This document shows positions 25,915-38,514 of a stretch of 64,000 nucleotides of DNA, in pieces. The stretch spans positions 37,324,001 to 37,388,000 of the forward strand of contig NC_043006.1 of the NCBI RefSeq assembly GCF_006345805.1. Reading direction: 5' to 3'. This DNA comes from Octopus sinensis (taxonomy: Eukaryota). Every line of letters starts with the position of its first letter. Position 1 is the first letter of the stretch. The position numbers were made by a program, and so were the translations under genes. The notes under the pieces were generated by a model. It saw nothing but the letters and a program-made list of their open reading frames with translations, was not told where the DNA came from and did no database searches.

Positions 25915-28200
25915 ATGATAGACTTTTGGAAAGTTTTACAGATTTTTTACAGCTCCTGTGATGGATTGGATCTGTAGTTTTCGAACCAGCTTTCTCCTTT
26001 CTGGTTTTGAGAAGCCTAATTTCTCAAGATTAGTATTTAGGCAGTGTGTTACATATGCCAGGGCCCTAATAATTACTGGTATAAGCCTGAACTTATAATC
26101 TGGATAGAATAACTGCACATTTCTCAATAGTTCAGCGTAGGTATTCTCTTTTTTCTTGATCCTCAGCTTCATGTTAACATCAACAACTGCGCACTGTTTT
26201 TCTTCTCTATCCCAAATCATTATGTCAGGTCTTTTGTGCTTTCATTTTAGTGATACTTTCCACCAGTATTCCTTTTTATTATGAGTGGCTATGGCTTCTA
26301 CCATAATGTGGGTTTTTATTTCTTTGTCTTCGGGATTATCCTTCCGACGTATTTCATTATGGAGTGCCCTAGCTACAACGTCATGTCTCATCGGTAGATA
26401 ATACCGTGATGAAATTTCCGGACAACTGCTTATGATGTGGGTGATATCTTCAGTGTGAACTACACAAAGTCTGCATTGGTTGTCACGTTTTACTGCTTTT
26501 TCTTCTGCATCTCTAACCTTTTATGCATCAAGTACTTGGTTACTTGCTTGATATTTCCTGTTCCTTAATTGCAAACGCATACCCTTCAAAGTGGGAGATA
26601 GTAATCAGGCTATTCGGCCATGATAAACTGCTTTGATGATCGATGTTGATATTATCACGGAGCTTTCTACTAACATATCCATGCCTAGTTTTTCTGCTCA
26701 TATAAGCTCATCCTTTCATCTGATATGTTGCGGTAGAGTTGTATGACTTTGAGCATGTATTCTAGGTTATCAGACAAAGAGTGTTGCTCAAGGAGCTGCC
26801 TTCCAAGTCTTATGGTGTTATCAGCCTCATGTATGCAAATTTGGTGAAGGGTTGTACTTCGACACTTAGTGGTTAAAAGATGTTGCCGAAGGGTTATGAT
26901 GGGACATTCAAAGATGTTAAACCTCTGCCGCCTTGTTTTCGCTTTAAGTAGAGGTGGTCTACGTCACTGTTTATGTGGACATTATGTGTGCTTGTTAGTA
27001 TTTTTCGGGTTTTCATATCAATGGCTCGGATCTCGTCAAGCATCCAATCAAGCAGCCTAAATGTTGGTATCAGTAATGGCACTGCAAACACATGGTGGGC
27101 CACTGTTTTATTGAAAGCAGAGAGCGCTGAGGTCCAAATTTTCTTTATTCGGTGGTGATATTCTTTAGTGACACGTGTTTTGTTACAGGTACCATTGTAA
27201 GATATATTTTCATCCACCCCTAGACACCTGTAACATTCCTCGTCAGATATAGGGGAAACAGTCAAATCATTGATGGAGATGTTACTAGTCTTGTTTATAG
27301 TTTTCACCGTTTCCACAACCATAATAGAACATTTATCCTGACCAAACTCCAGCGCTACATCCTTTGAAAATGTTGTAACTAGGTCAAGGCTCTTTTTCAT
27401 CTCATGCGTCTTATTTGTATAAAGTTTTAAGTCATCTACAAATAAACAGTGTGTAATTTTGGTATTTCTATTTCCATGTGAACCAGTGAGATATTCTTCA
27501 AGTTTCTTTAACATGAATGGCAAGGTGTTTACAGAAAGTATAAACAGCATCACAGAGAGGCTGTCTCCGTGGAATATGCCTTCGCGATACTGTATTCTAT
27601 TGATGATAATACAGTCACTTTTTGTGTTTAACTTCAAGATGGTGGCCCACGATGAAGTCAGGTTGGCTATCGCTTTGACTATTCTCACTGGAACTTTAGC
27701 AGGTTAAAGGGCTTCTAGCATCCATGAGTGGGGAACAAAGTCAAAGGCTTTCTTGTAGTCTAGCCACATTGAAACTAGATTCCTCCAATGCTCTCGCTCC
27801 TCTGACCTCACAGTGTTGTTGATTAGCAATTGGTCGATACATCCCCAGATTCCTTTCTTCCCAGCTGCTTCTTCTGCTGTGATAATGTTATTGGTTTCAC
27901 AATGGTCCAGGAGGAAATGGTTTAAATATGCTGTATTTATCTTATACATTAAGTCCTAGCATGCAATTAGCCGGCAGTTTTGTTGTTGTTTTTTTTTTGC
28001 CATGTGGGTGGTTATGCATTTGGAGATCAATTTTATCTCTGCCAGAGCTAACCAGTATGGTCTGCTACTGTTCCCAATGAAAGTTTGCTAGTACAGATTG
28101 ATAAGATATGGTCGGTAGAATGTTAGCTTCTTGTACCAATATCCAACAATCAAGTCTCTTCCAGGTGCTTTTCCATCCTGGAGTTTCTGGATCATAATTG
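25915..28200 (-). mobile_element. R4/Dong-like LINE, 5'-truncated and decayed
   Basis: RT motifs DYKKAFDFVPH, GIFHGDSLS and LFVDDLKLY; CCHC knuckle CRLC...HIISSC; then RHD and RPDIMIWD...VVDV (REL). Confidence 0.92.
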
Positions 28201-28261
28201 GAAGAGTTTCACCATCAATGTTGTATGTCTTGGATATGTAACGCAGGAGCAATAAATTTTT

Positions 28262-28310
<49 letters not shown>

Positions 28311-28683
28311 GAGTGGCTGTGTGGTAAGTAGCTTGCTTACCAATCTGGGTTCAGTACCAGTGCGTGGCCACTTGGGTAAATGTCTTCTACTATAGCCTTT
28401 GGCCGACCAACGCCTCCTGAGTGGATTTGGTAGACGGAAACTGGAAGAAGCCCATCGTATATATATATATATGTGTATATTTGTGTGTATATGTTTGTGT
28501 GTCTGCTTGACAACGGAACCGATGCTGGTGTGTTTACATCCCCGTAACTTAGCGGTTCGACAAAAGAGACCGATAGAATAAGTACTAGGCTTACAAAGAA
28601 TAAGCTCTGGGGTCCTTTTGCTCGACTAAAGGCAGTGCTCCAGCAGTGCCGTAGTCAATGACTGAAACAAGTAAAAGAATAAA

Positions 28684-28744
<61 letters not shown>

Positions 28745-28935
28745 ATATAAATATTAATTAATAAGGGTGAGAGAATTAGATACTAATTTAATAGTATATC
28801 TATTCAACACCAAGTGGCCTAGTGCTCCGAGAAACAATCGTACTGACTTTCATGGGAAACATGTATTTTTGTGGTTGAAACCTTTTGGATTAACTGGTGC
28901 TAGAGTGAGCCATATAGTGACCACTCTCTTATATT

Positions 28936-28977
<42 letters not shown>

Positions 28978-28999
28978 ATACACACACACACACACACAC

Positions 29000-29033
<34 letters not shown>

Positions 29034-29209
29034 TTATAATTTTCTAACGAAGTTCATAGCGAAGATGTGCTCAATTCGAACCTGAGGCCTTAGATAAGTA
29101 TATTGGATAGAATGGAAAAAGTTCAAATCAGGCAGGCTACGATTAAGACTTACATATACGGGTTTAGTTAAGATAAAATGAGGATTGTCCCAACTAAAAC
29201 GTATATCGA

Positions 29210-29787
29210 TATATTAGAGATATAAAAATATATAGAAATATAAAAATGTATGAACACTAAAAATATGAATGGTCATATAGATATATAAATACATAAACAT
29301 ACTAATAATAGAATATAGATAAAAATAATAGTGGAATATAGAGAAAAAACGTTGTTTAAAAAATTTGAAATAGGGAATAGTTATAGGCATTAAAAAGAGC
29401 TTTGGGTTACTGTTAGAAGAAATAGAGTGTTTCCGACGATCGTTTCTGGAGTTCATTTGTCCGAATTACGGATGAATCTGAAGATTCATTTCCAGAGAAT
29501 TCCCCCTTCATCAGGGAAAAAGAAAAATGATTTTTATTCTAGATATGCGTTTCAGTTCTTTAATGCCTATTATTATACCGTACTCTTACTCTTTCACTAT
29601 TTTACTTGTTTTAGTCATTTAGTCAAGCAAATCGACCCCAGGACTTATTCATTGTAAGTCTAGTACTTATTCTACCGGTCTCTTTTGCCGAACCGCTAAG
29701 TTACGGGGATGTAAACACACCAGCATCGGTTGTCATGCGATGTTGGGGGACAAACACAGACATACAAACATACACACAGACACACAG

Positions 29788-29842
<55 letters not shown>

Positions 29843-30142
29843 CGACGGGCTTCTTTCAATTTCCATCTACTAAATCCACTCACAAGGCTTTGGTTGGTCC
29901 GAGGCTATAGTAGAAGACACTTGTCCAAGGTGCCACGCAGTGGGACTGAACCCGGAACCATGTTGTTCGTAAGCAAGCCACGTACCACACAGCCACTCTT
30001 GCGCCTATCTAAATATCTTTTAAATTAAAAAATTTTTTAAAAACGGTTTTTTTATCTATATTCTATTATTAGTATGTTTATGTATATATATACCTATATG
30101 TATATTTTTAGAGTTCATATATATTTATATTTCTATATATTT
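29210..30142. mobile_element. Foldback element F2 interrupted by a SINE
   Basis: 29210-29385 is the reverse complement of 30025-30142, with indels. The hammerhead lies internal to the left arm; a family-B SINE occupies about 29595-30005. Confidence 0.75.
29430..29519 (-). ncRNA. Type I hammerhead ribozyme with intact core (family F2)
   Basis: Minus strand reads TTTCC-CTGATGA-[61-nt branched stem II]-GAAA-C-GATC-G-TC-GGAAA. Perfect 5-bp stem I, palindromic stem III loop and GUC cleavage triplet. Confidence 0.85.
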
Positions 30143-30233
30143 TGATGGTGATACCTCAGTCACACAACACACGGTTTTTAAGTCTCCCAAATGCTTTGCT
30201 AGCTTTTTTGATTCCCACATTTACACAAACACA

Positions 30234-30313
<80 letters not shown>

Positions 30314-32443
30314 ACACACATGCATACATACAAAAATACCCTGTTGTTGATGTTGAAATTCCAATGAAGGGGCCTTGGATCTAGGTTAGAAATAGGTTCT
30401 TTCTCTATTGGCAAGAAATCTTGAAATAAACTGAATAATGACATACATACATACATACATACATACATACATACATACATACATACATACATACATACAT
30501 GCATGCTTATAACAAAACAGAATCATACATCGCCTGCATAGACACGCATGTACTCAGTGGTGTAGCTTGTGTGTGTGCCGTCCGGGACAGCCCATGAGTT
30601 TGCCAATTTTCACCCTTCCGTGCCAATCCAGCCTTTATAAACTTAAACAGTAAACCTAACATGTCATTCCTATAAAAATGTCGATCCGATATGCCCTTCT
30701 TTATTTAAGATGCCGTGGTGTGATAGAAGAGAGATTTCGTTGCTATTTCTGGAAGGTTGATTGGTCAATTAGAAGCTCGCTGGTTGTCGTTGTTTAGCCC
30801 AAGGAACGCTGTGATCCAGAAGAAATACTCCATTGTCAGATGCTTTTTCGAACACAGAAAGATATAATTTGAAGGAGATTTGGCTACTATTTGCAGCTGG
30901 TCGATCGATCCCACAGAAACTCCTTCACGATAAATCCATTCAATCTAAATTAATGTTGGTATTAGCAAAGTGAAGCAAGAATTTTTTGTTATAGTTACGT
31001 CCACAACGGGGAAAAATTTGATTGGTTAAATCATGTTAAATATTAATGTCTTAATTGTTAAATCCTGTTTTAAAAAGTAAAGGGGAGGAAATCCTTAATT
31101 CAAATCACCGTATTTGCCGGCGACTAGACGTACTCCCGCACACGATGCACCCCAATTTTACAAGTAGATTTTATTGATAAATCAAATTTGATATTATTAT
31201 AAATCTCTGAAAGCTACAGTAACACCCACCCTTAGTGGTTAGCCATATTGAGATGGCTAGTATACTTTACGTTAAATTTAATATTTTTAATCAGATACTT
31301 ATTGAAAGATATTTTAAAGGTGTCTTATAGGGGGAAATGTATAATTTTGTGCAAGCAAATACAATGCCGCAATAGTGTACTGGAATAAATGTATGAAACC
31401 ATACATTTATCTTATATACGTTACGTTGTGAGAGTACTGTATTCCAACTTTATATTCTTTCAGAACCGTTGTATAGCTGTTTGTATTTTGGTCTAATGAA
31501 TTGCTACAAACGATGTGAAATTTGTGTTTTTGTCTGTGACGTTTTGTGCAACTGCGACCTGCAACCAGAGCTGTGCACAGCCAGCGCTAGGGTTTTGTTG
31601 TCATCCACTTATTGCAAATAAGCTCACCGGCGGATAAATGTTTACCATTCCTTTCAACGTTTAGATAATTAAAAGCAAAATGTCTCTTAAAGGTAACACA
31701 GTCATTAAATAAGGTAAGACACATATCAGGTATGGATTACGTCTGCTGAAAAAAGGAGTTACAATGAGATCGGTTGACCTTTTCCCGTAACTGTCGATCA
31801 AATCATAAGCAATTTTTCGTTTGTGTTAATAAACTGTGGTGTTACACTTCGCTTTCGACAGTTCATTAAAACTAACAGTTACTGTGCGGAGCGAACTTAT
31901 AGTTATCCGTCACCCCAGCCTACAACACTCAGTATCCCATTCGTAATACCGCCACATTAAACGCAGGGCAATTTTTTGATATTCTTAAGCCTTTAACTGT
32001 CTAAAACATTTTCGTAAGTTTGTCCGGAATGTTCATGCTTTTTTTTCTTTTTTCTCAGACTTTGAGTAAGCTCTTGTTTCATACGTTCTGAGTAACATAA
32101 AGCTTTCTTTTCCTAAGTCCCAAGTTATTCTGGTGCTTGAAAAAAAACTGGGAATGTATGCCATATATGATGCCTGGATGCCAAGGAAATATGCCCTGTG
32201 TATTACATGTGAGGTCTTGTGTATTACATTTGGTACACAGGATAAGTAAAGGGCTTAAGAGTGCGCCATGCACCGGTAAATACGGTAATTGGAAATTATT
32301 AAAAATAGAATGTAATGGTGAGTGAGTTTGATGTTTGTCAGTCCAGCGATAACTTAGAACATGTTTCTGTCTTATTGATCCTCTTTTTAAAATTTCTTTT
32401 TCCTTTCTCGACCAGTTTTTCAATCTCCAGAGGTGAAGCTATC

Positions 32444-32674
32444 ATGCATATTCTATCGTCACTCCTTGTCCTATTGGCCAGTTTACACCACATCTCTTCT
32501 CAAGACTGTCAGACACTACGCTCTGAAATCAACGTCAACAAATACGTCAACACCGTTTACCGTGGTCGACATGTCGAGGTACGGTGCACGGGTCGCCTGG
32601 CTTTGAATAAATGCGAAGGAACTTGTTGGTCCTATGAATCACCGAGTGTTACAGACCCACGTGGATTTAAAAAG
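32444..32674 (+). CDS. pburs: Bursicon beta (partner of bursicon)-like cystine-knot hormone, coding exon 1
   Basis: ATG at 32444 gives signal-peptide-like MHILSSLLVLLASLHHISS, then DCQTLRSEINV...CTGRLALNKCEGTCWSYESPSVTDPRGFKK. This matches the bursicon-beta pattern C.TL.SEI...C.G....NKCEG.C.S...PSV..P.GF.K. Phase-0 donor AAG|GTACGT at 32675. Confidence 0.93.
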
Positions 32675-34542
32675 GTACGTATATTTATACTTGTTTCAGC
32701 GGTCATATTGATGCATTGCCTTGACGGGTTTTAGTTGAACCAGTCTTATTTGAAAGTTTGATACTTATTCTATCCGTCACTTTTGCCGAACCGCTAACTT
32801 ATGAAGACATAAACAAACCAGTGCACACATACTGCCCTCACTCAATCATTGACTCCCTCCCTCTCCTCCATCCCTCACTCACTTATTCACTTATACTCTT
32901 TCTTTTACTCTTTTACTTGTTTCAGTCATTTGACTGCGGCCATGCTGGAGCACCGCTTTTAGTCGAGCAAATCGACGCCGGTACTTATTCTTTGTAAGCC
33001 CAGTACTTATTCTATCGGTCTCTTTTGCCGAACCGCTAAGTGACGGGGACGTAAACACACCAGCATCGGTTGTCAAGCAATGCTAGGGGACAAACACAGA
33101 CACACAACACACACACACACACACATATACATATATATATATATATACGACAGGCTTCTTTCAGTTTCTGTCTACCATATCCACTCACAAGGCATTGGTT
33201 CGGCCCGAGGCTATAGCAGAAGACACTTGCCCAAGATGCCACGCAGTGGGACTGAACCCGGAACCATGTGGTTGGTAAGCAAGCTACTTACCACACAGCC
33301 ACTCCTGCGCTTTTTATCTAATAAATAAATATTCTTTTGTTTGTTCCAGTCATTTGACTGCGGCCATGCTGGAGCACCGCCTTTAGTCGAGCAAATCGAC
33401 CCCAGGACTTATTCTTTCTATGCCTGGTACTTATTCTATCGGTACTTTTGCCGAACTGCTAAGTTGCAGGGACGTAAACACACCAGCATCGGTTGCCAAG
33501 CAATGTTGGAGGGGACAAATACAGACATACAAACACACACGCATACACACACACACACACGTACACACACGTACACACACACACGTATATATACGACGGG
33601 CTTCTTTCAGTTTCCGTCTGCCAAATCCACTCACAAGGCTTTGGTCGGCCCAAGGCTATAGTAGAAGGCACTTGACCCCAGATGCCACGCAGTGTGACTG
33701 TGACTGAACCCAGAACCATGTGGTTGGTAAGCAATCTGCTTACCACACAGCCACTCCTGCGCAAGATCACACATTCAACGAAACGAAATCAACCAGTTTA
33801 AAAACTCGAAAAAGCAAAGTCGTGAAATTCTTTTGTTTGCTCAATGTAGTAATAATGGTAACATTGCGCAGTTTTAATATTTAGTGGAGTCTTAAGGGAA
33901 GTTCGTGTGACATCAACATTAGATAGATTTTAACATAAATAATTTGTGACACTCATTATTCATAATTTCCTCCCTCTTCAGAGTTAATCTTATGATTTAT
34001 GCACGTAACCTCGTTTATCACTGATTCATTCATCACGGATCCAGGATAACACGGTACGTTCAATTGTGAACCATGTTATGCTTATCACGGATTTATCTGA
34101 GATAACACAGGTCGGTAATCGGTCGAAGATTTATGCTTGTACCGCAGAAACGCGCTCCAGTAACCACCTACAATGCTCGATCACGCAAAATGCTCGGGCT
34201 ATCGCTAGTTTTATATTATCATGCTTCGAAGCTGCGTATTTTGGGTGATTTCTTATTTCTTTACTGCCCACAAGGGGATACACACAGAGGGGACAGACAA
34301 ACGGATTAAGTCGATTATATCGACCCCAGTGCGTAACTGCTACTTATTTAATCGACCCCGAAAGGATGAAAGGCAAAGTCGACCTCGGAGGAATTTGAAC
34401 TCAGAACGTAACGGCAGACGAAATACGGCTACGCATTTCGCCCGGCGTGCTAACGATTCTGCCAGCTCGCCGCCTTTTGGGTCTTACGGATTTACGTAGT
34501 CGTATCAATTCAACGTAGGACCAGTGGACAGAAAAAAAAAAG

Positions 34543-34705
34543 ATGGCAACCGATCCTAACAAACGACGGAAACGGTTGTATTCTTTATAGGAAAAGGTAG
34601 AGATGATCAAGAAAATACGTGATGGTGAAAGCTTCATTGCCTTGGGCCACGAGTTTGGTGTTAATAAATCTACCATTCATTTCATTTACAAAAAGCGCGG
34701 AGATG
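34543..34705 (+). pseudogene. Tigger/pogo (CENP-B-type HTH) transposase N-terminal remnant in the bursicon intron
   Basis: MATDPNKRRKRLYSL*EKVEMIKKIRDGESFIALGHEFGVNKSTIHFIYKKR has the CENP-B N-terminal HTH pattern with one stop. Confidence 0.7.
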
Positions 34706-35182
34706 ATTCACTTATAACTGATACATTTATTACAGTTTCACTTTGTTGGGGGTTTGTTTAACCAAATCCCCGTGACAAGCGATGATAAATTTATATAAGG
34801 AATTAATATAGTAACCAGGAAAAAAAAAAAACGCGTGAAGAGATGTTTTGTTTTCGATTTTAATCTAACGCAGACTGATAATAGATGAGACAATACCCAA
34901 ATCGTTTTATTTCGGATTTTTTTTGTGTGTTCTTTCACCAAGTCGGCATTTTGTAATATATTTCCCAACACGAAAAACTCATCATATTTTTGTTCTTGCA
35001 ATGTATCAGAATGGGCTGCGGGATAGTAGAATCATTAGCAGGAATGGCTGTGTAGTAAGAAGCTTACTTCACAACCACATGGTTACGGGTTCAGTCCTGG
35101 GCAAATGTCTTTTACTATAGCCTCGAGCCGATCAAAGCCTTGTGCGTGGATTTGGTAGACGGAAACTGAAAGAAGCCCGTCG

Positions 35183-35213
<31 letters not shown>

Positions 35214-37450
35214 ACTTGTGTATCTATGTTCCCCCCACCACCATCGCTTGACAACCGATGTTGGTGTGTTTACGTCCCCGTAACTTAGCGGTTCGGTAAG
35301 ATTCCGATTGAATAAGTACTAGGCTTACAAAGAATAAGTCCCAGGGTCGATTTGTTCGACTAAAGGCGGTGCTCCAGCATGGTCGCAGTCAAATGACTGA
35401 AACAAGTAAAAGAGTATTCGGACAAAATGCTTAGAGGCGTTTCTTCCAACCCTTTACGTTCTGAGTTCAAATCTTGCCGAAGTTAATTTTGCCTTTCGTT
35501 CCTTCGGGATCGATAAAATAGAGGGTCAGCTGAGCACTGGGGTCGGTGTAATCGACTAACCAACGTACCACCCTCAAAAATGTTGCTGACATTGTGCTTG
35601 GAGTAGAAAGAGTTAGTAATATTATTGGTGAGCTGGCAGACTGGTTATCACGTCGGACAAAAGGAAAAATCATGCTGAGGTCGACTTTGCTTTTCATTCC
35701 TTCGAGATCGATGAAATAAAGTTCCAGCTGAGCACAAGGGATCAATGTAATCGACCTACCTCCATCCCGGCCCACCACCAAATCGTGCCATTGTGCCTGT
35801 AGTAGAAAGAACTATTATAGCTGATAGAATCGTTAGCACGCTGGGCGAAATGCATAACAGTATTTCGTCTGCCCTTATGTTCTGAGTTCAAATTCCGCCG
35901 AGGTCGACTTTTCTTTTCATTCTTTCGAGGTCGATAAATTAAGTACCAGTGAAACACTGGGGTCGATGTAATCGACTAGTCCCCTCCCCCAAAATTTCAG
36001 GTCTTGTGCGTTTACTTGAAAGAATTATTATTTATTGGCGAGCTGACAGAGTGAACAAAATTGACAGTTAATATTTTAAGTACTGTAGCAAAGAATTCAC
36101 TGACACTCCATCGGTTACGACCACAAGGTTTCCAGTCGACCCAATCGACGGAACAGCCTGCTCGTGAAATTAATGTGCAAGTGGCTGAGCACCCCGTAGA
36201 CACATGTAACCTTAACGTAGTTCTCAGGGAGATACAGCATAACACAGAACGTGAGAAAGCTGAACCATTGAAATACACGTACAACTCATTTTTGCCAGCT
36301 GAGTGGACTGGGTCAACGTGAAATAAAGTGTCTCGCTCAAGGACACAACGCGCCGGCGGGAATCGAACTCATGACTTCACTATAGTAAGTCGAATACTCT
36401 AACCACTATGCCACGCGCCTTTACAGCAAAGAATTGAAACTGGTTGTATAGTACAGCTAAGTTGCAATGTAAAGGTTAAAAGGTAAAGACCCCCTTCGGA
36501 CATGAATGACCATGGGACTGCGCCTAGAAAATTCCCCTCCGGGGCAAAAGTCCAGACGAGGTTGTTGTATGGAAAACCAGCAATCGCCCGTGCATACCGG
36601 CCTCCCCTCTCCACACCACCAATGTTATCCAAGGGAAACGCAAAGGGCCCGATACAGCTTGGCACCAGTGACGTCGCAACTCATTTCTATAGGTGAGTGA
36701 ACTGGAGCAACGTGAAACAAAGTGTCTTGCTCAAGAACACAAGACACAGCCCGGTCCGGGAATTGAACTTACTACCTCATGATTGTGAACCCGACGCTCT
36801 AATAATGTAAATGTATGAAAAATTATTTCTTTTCCTCTTCTTAAAGATAATCGTTTTTGTTTCGATTGACGCCATGTAGAACTAATGTCGTTGTAGCGAC
36901 TCAGGAAAGTTATTTTTGTTATTGTGTCATAGCACAGTTGTGCTATGGCATACTCCAGTCAATGAGGGCTGGACTTTTTTTTATTACTAGAGGCAGTTCG
37001 ATGCCAAAGAAGAGAAACGAGAGTTTTAATTAGTTAGTGGATAGAAAGCAGAAGAGTAACAGCTCTCTTTCGAATTTGAACTCAGAACATAAGGGCAGAC
37101 GAAATACTGTTATGCATTTCGCCCGGCGTGCTAACGATTCCATCAGCTATAATAGTTCTTTCTACTACAGGCACAATGGCATGATTTGGTGGTGGGCGGG
37201 GATGGAGGTAAGTCGATTACATTGATCCCTTGTGCTCAGCTGGAACTTTACACACCAACTTCGCGTCCGTTAACTCTGAATTATATCCCATCTCACCTTA
37301 TAACACCATCAATATTCTCTTAGCTTTCACGTCGACTTCGCGCAGCGAACTCTGAATTATATCGGCTCTCGCCTTACCACGAAGTCCATAATTTCTATTT
37401 CCACATTGGTAACTTTTTACATTGTAATTGCTTTTCGTTTCTCTTTACAG

Positions 37451-37612
37451 AAATGTAATTGTTGCCGGGAAAAGAAACTCGTGTCGCGCAACATTGTCTT
37501 GGATGAATGTTATGATTCCGTGACAGGGACCTACCTTCACGGTTTGTACCCAACCATTTCCATCAAAGAACCCATACAATGCGTTTGCAGAGAATGTGCC
37601 AGTTTCATTTGA
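37451..37612 (+). CDS. pburs: Bursicon beta-like, coding exon 2 (terminal)
   Basis: Acceptor CTCTTTACAG|AAA, phase 0. Encodes KCNCCREKKLVSRNIVLDECYDSVTGTYLHGLYPTISIKEPIQCVCRECASFI*. The spliced product is 130 aa with 11 Cys, including C.CCRE and EP..C.C..C. Confidence 0.93.
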   Translation, partial: KCNCCREKKLVSRNIVLDECYDSVTGTYLHGLYPTISIKEPIQCVCRECASFI

Positions 37613-38049
37613 GTCAGGCTCACAGCAACAACAGCAACATCATCAACAGCAACAACAATAACAACAACAGCAACAAATACACAACAGTTACAACAACAAT
37701 GACAAGAGCAACAAAACCGATGACGATGAGAACAACGACAATGAGAGAGAAAGCAGATAACGATGACGTCAGAAGCGAAAAGGCTGAAGATGGTTAGGAT
37801 TGGTGGAAGTGGTGGTGGTGAAGGCAGTGGCGTTGGTGGTAGTTCTAAAGAAAAAAGAGATGATAACGAAGACTATTGCGATGATGATAATGACGATTAT
37901 GATGATAATGACCACACGACGATGACGACTACGCTGACAAAGATAGCTACGGGCTGATAAACTGATCTCCAAACTTTCGTTTTATTTGTTTCGTTTCTCT
38001 TTTTATTTTTTTTTTGTTTCCTTGTTATTTTATGTTTTGTTGATTTCTG

Positions 38050-38055
38050 AATAAA
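38050..38055 (+). terminator. Candidate polyadenylation signal of the bursicon-beta gene
   Basis: AATAAA about 440 nt after the stop, following a CAA/GAT-rich putative 3' UTR and a T-rich tract. Confidence 0.45.
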
Positions 38056-38230
38056 AACAAAAATAAAAAAAAAATTTTAAATTACACACGAAAGAATGAA
38101 AAAAAAAAATGGAAGAATTCAAGAATGCAAATTTTCGATTTTCCTTTTAATTTTCATTACCGCGTCGAGAAATTATCATCATTATTAATTATAGCTATTT
38201 ATTATAATCATTATTATTATTATCATTATT

Positions 38231-38263
<33 letters not shown>

Positions 38264-38514
38264 AAGGCGGCGAGCTGGCAGAAACGTTATCACGCCGGGC
38301 GAAATGCTTAGCAGTATTTCGTCTGCCGTTACGTTCTCAGTTCAAAATCCTCCGAGGTCGACTTTGCCTTTCATCCTTTCGGGGTCGATTAAATAAGTAG
38401 CAGATACGCACTGGGGTCGATCTAATCGACTGGCCCCCTCCCCCAAAATTTCGGGCCTTGTGCCTAGAGTAGGAAAGATTATTATTATTATCATTCTCAT
38501 TATTATTATTTTAT

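Noticed and set aside
32315-32443. Longer N-terminus from the ORF-track start at 32315
   Set aside because: It starts at GTG and crosses a pyrimidine tract with an acceptor; the ATG at 32444 gives a proper signal peptide.
37579-37972. ORFs downstream of the bursicon stop
   Set aside because: CAA/GAT/GGT low-complexity sequence in the presumed 3' UTR.
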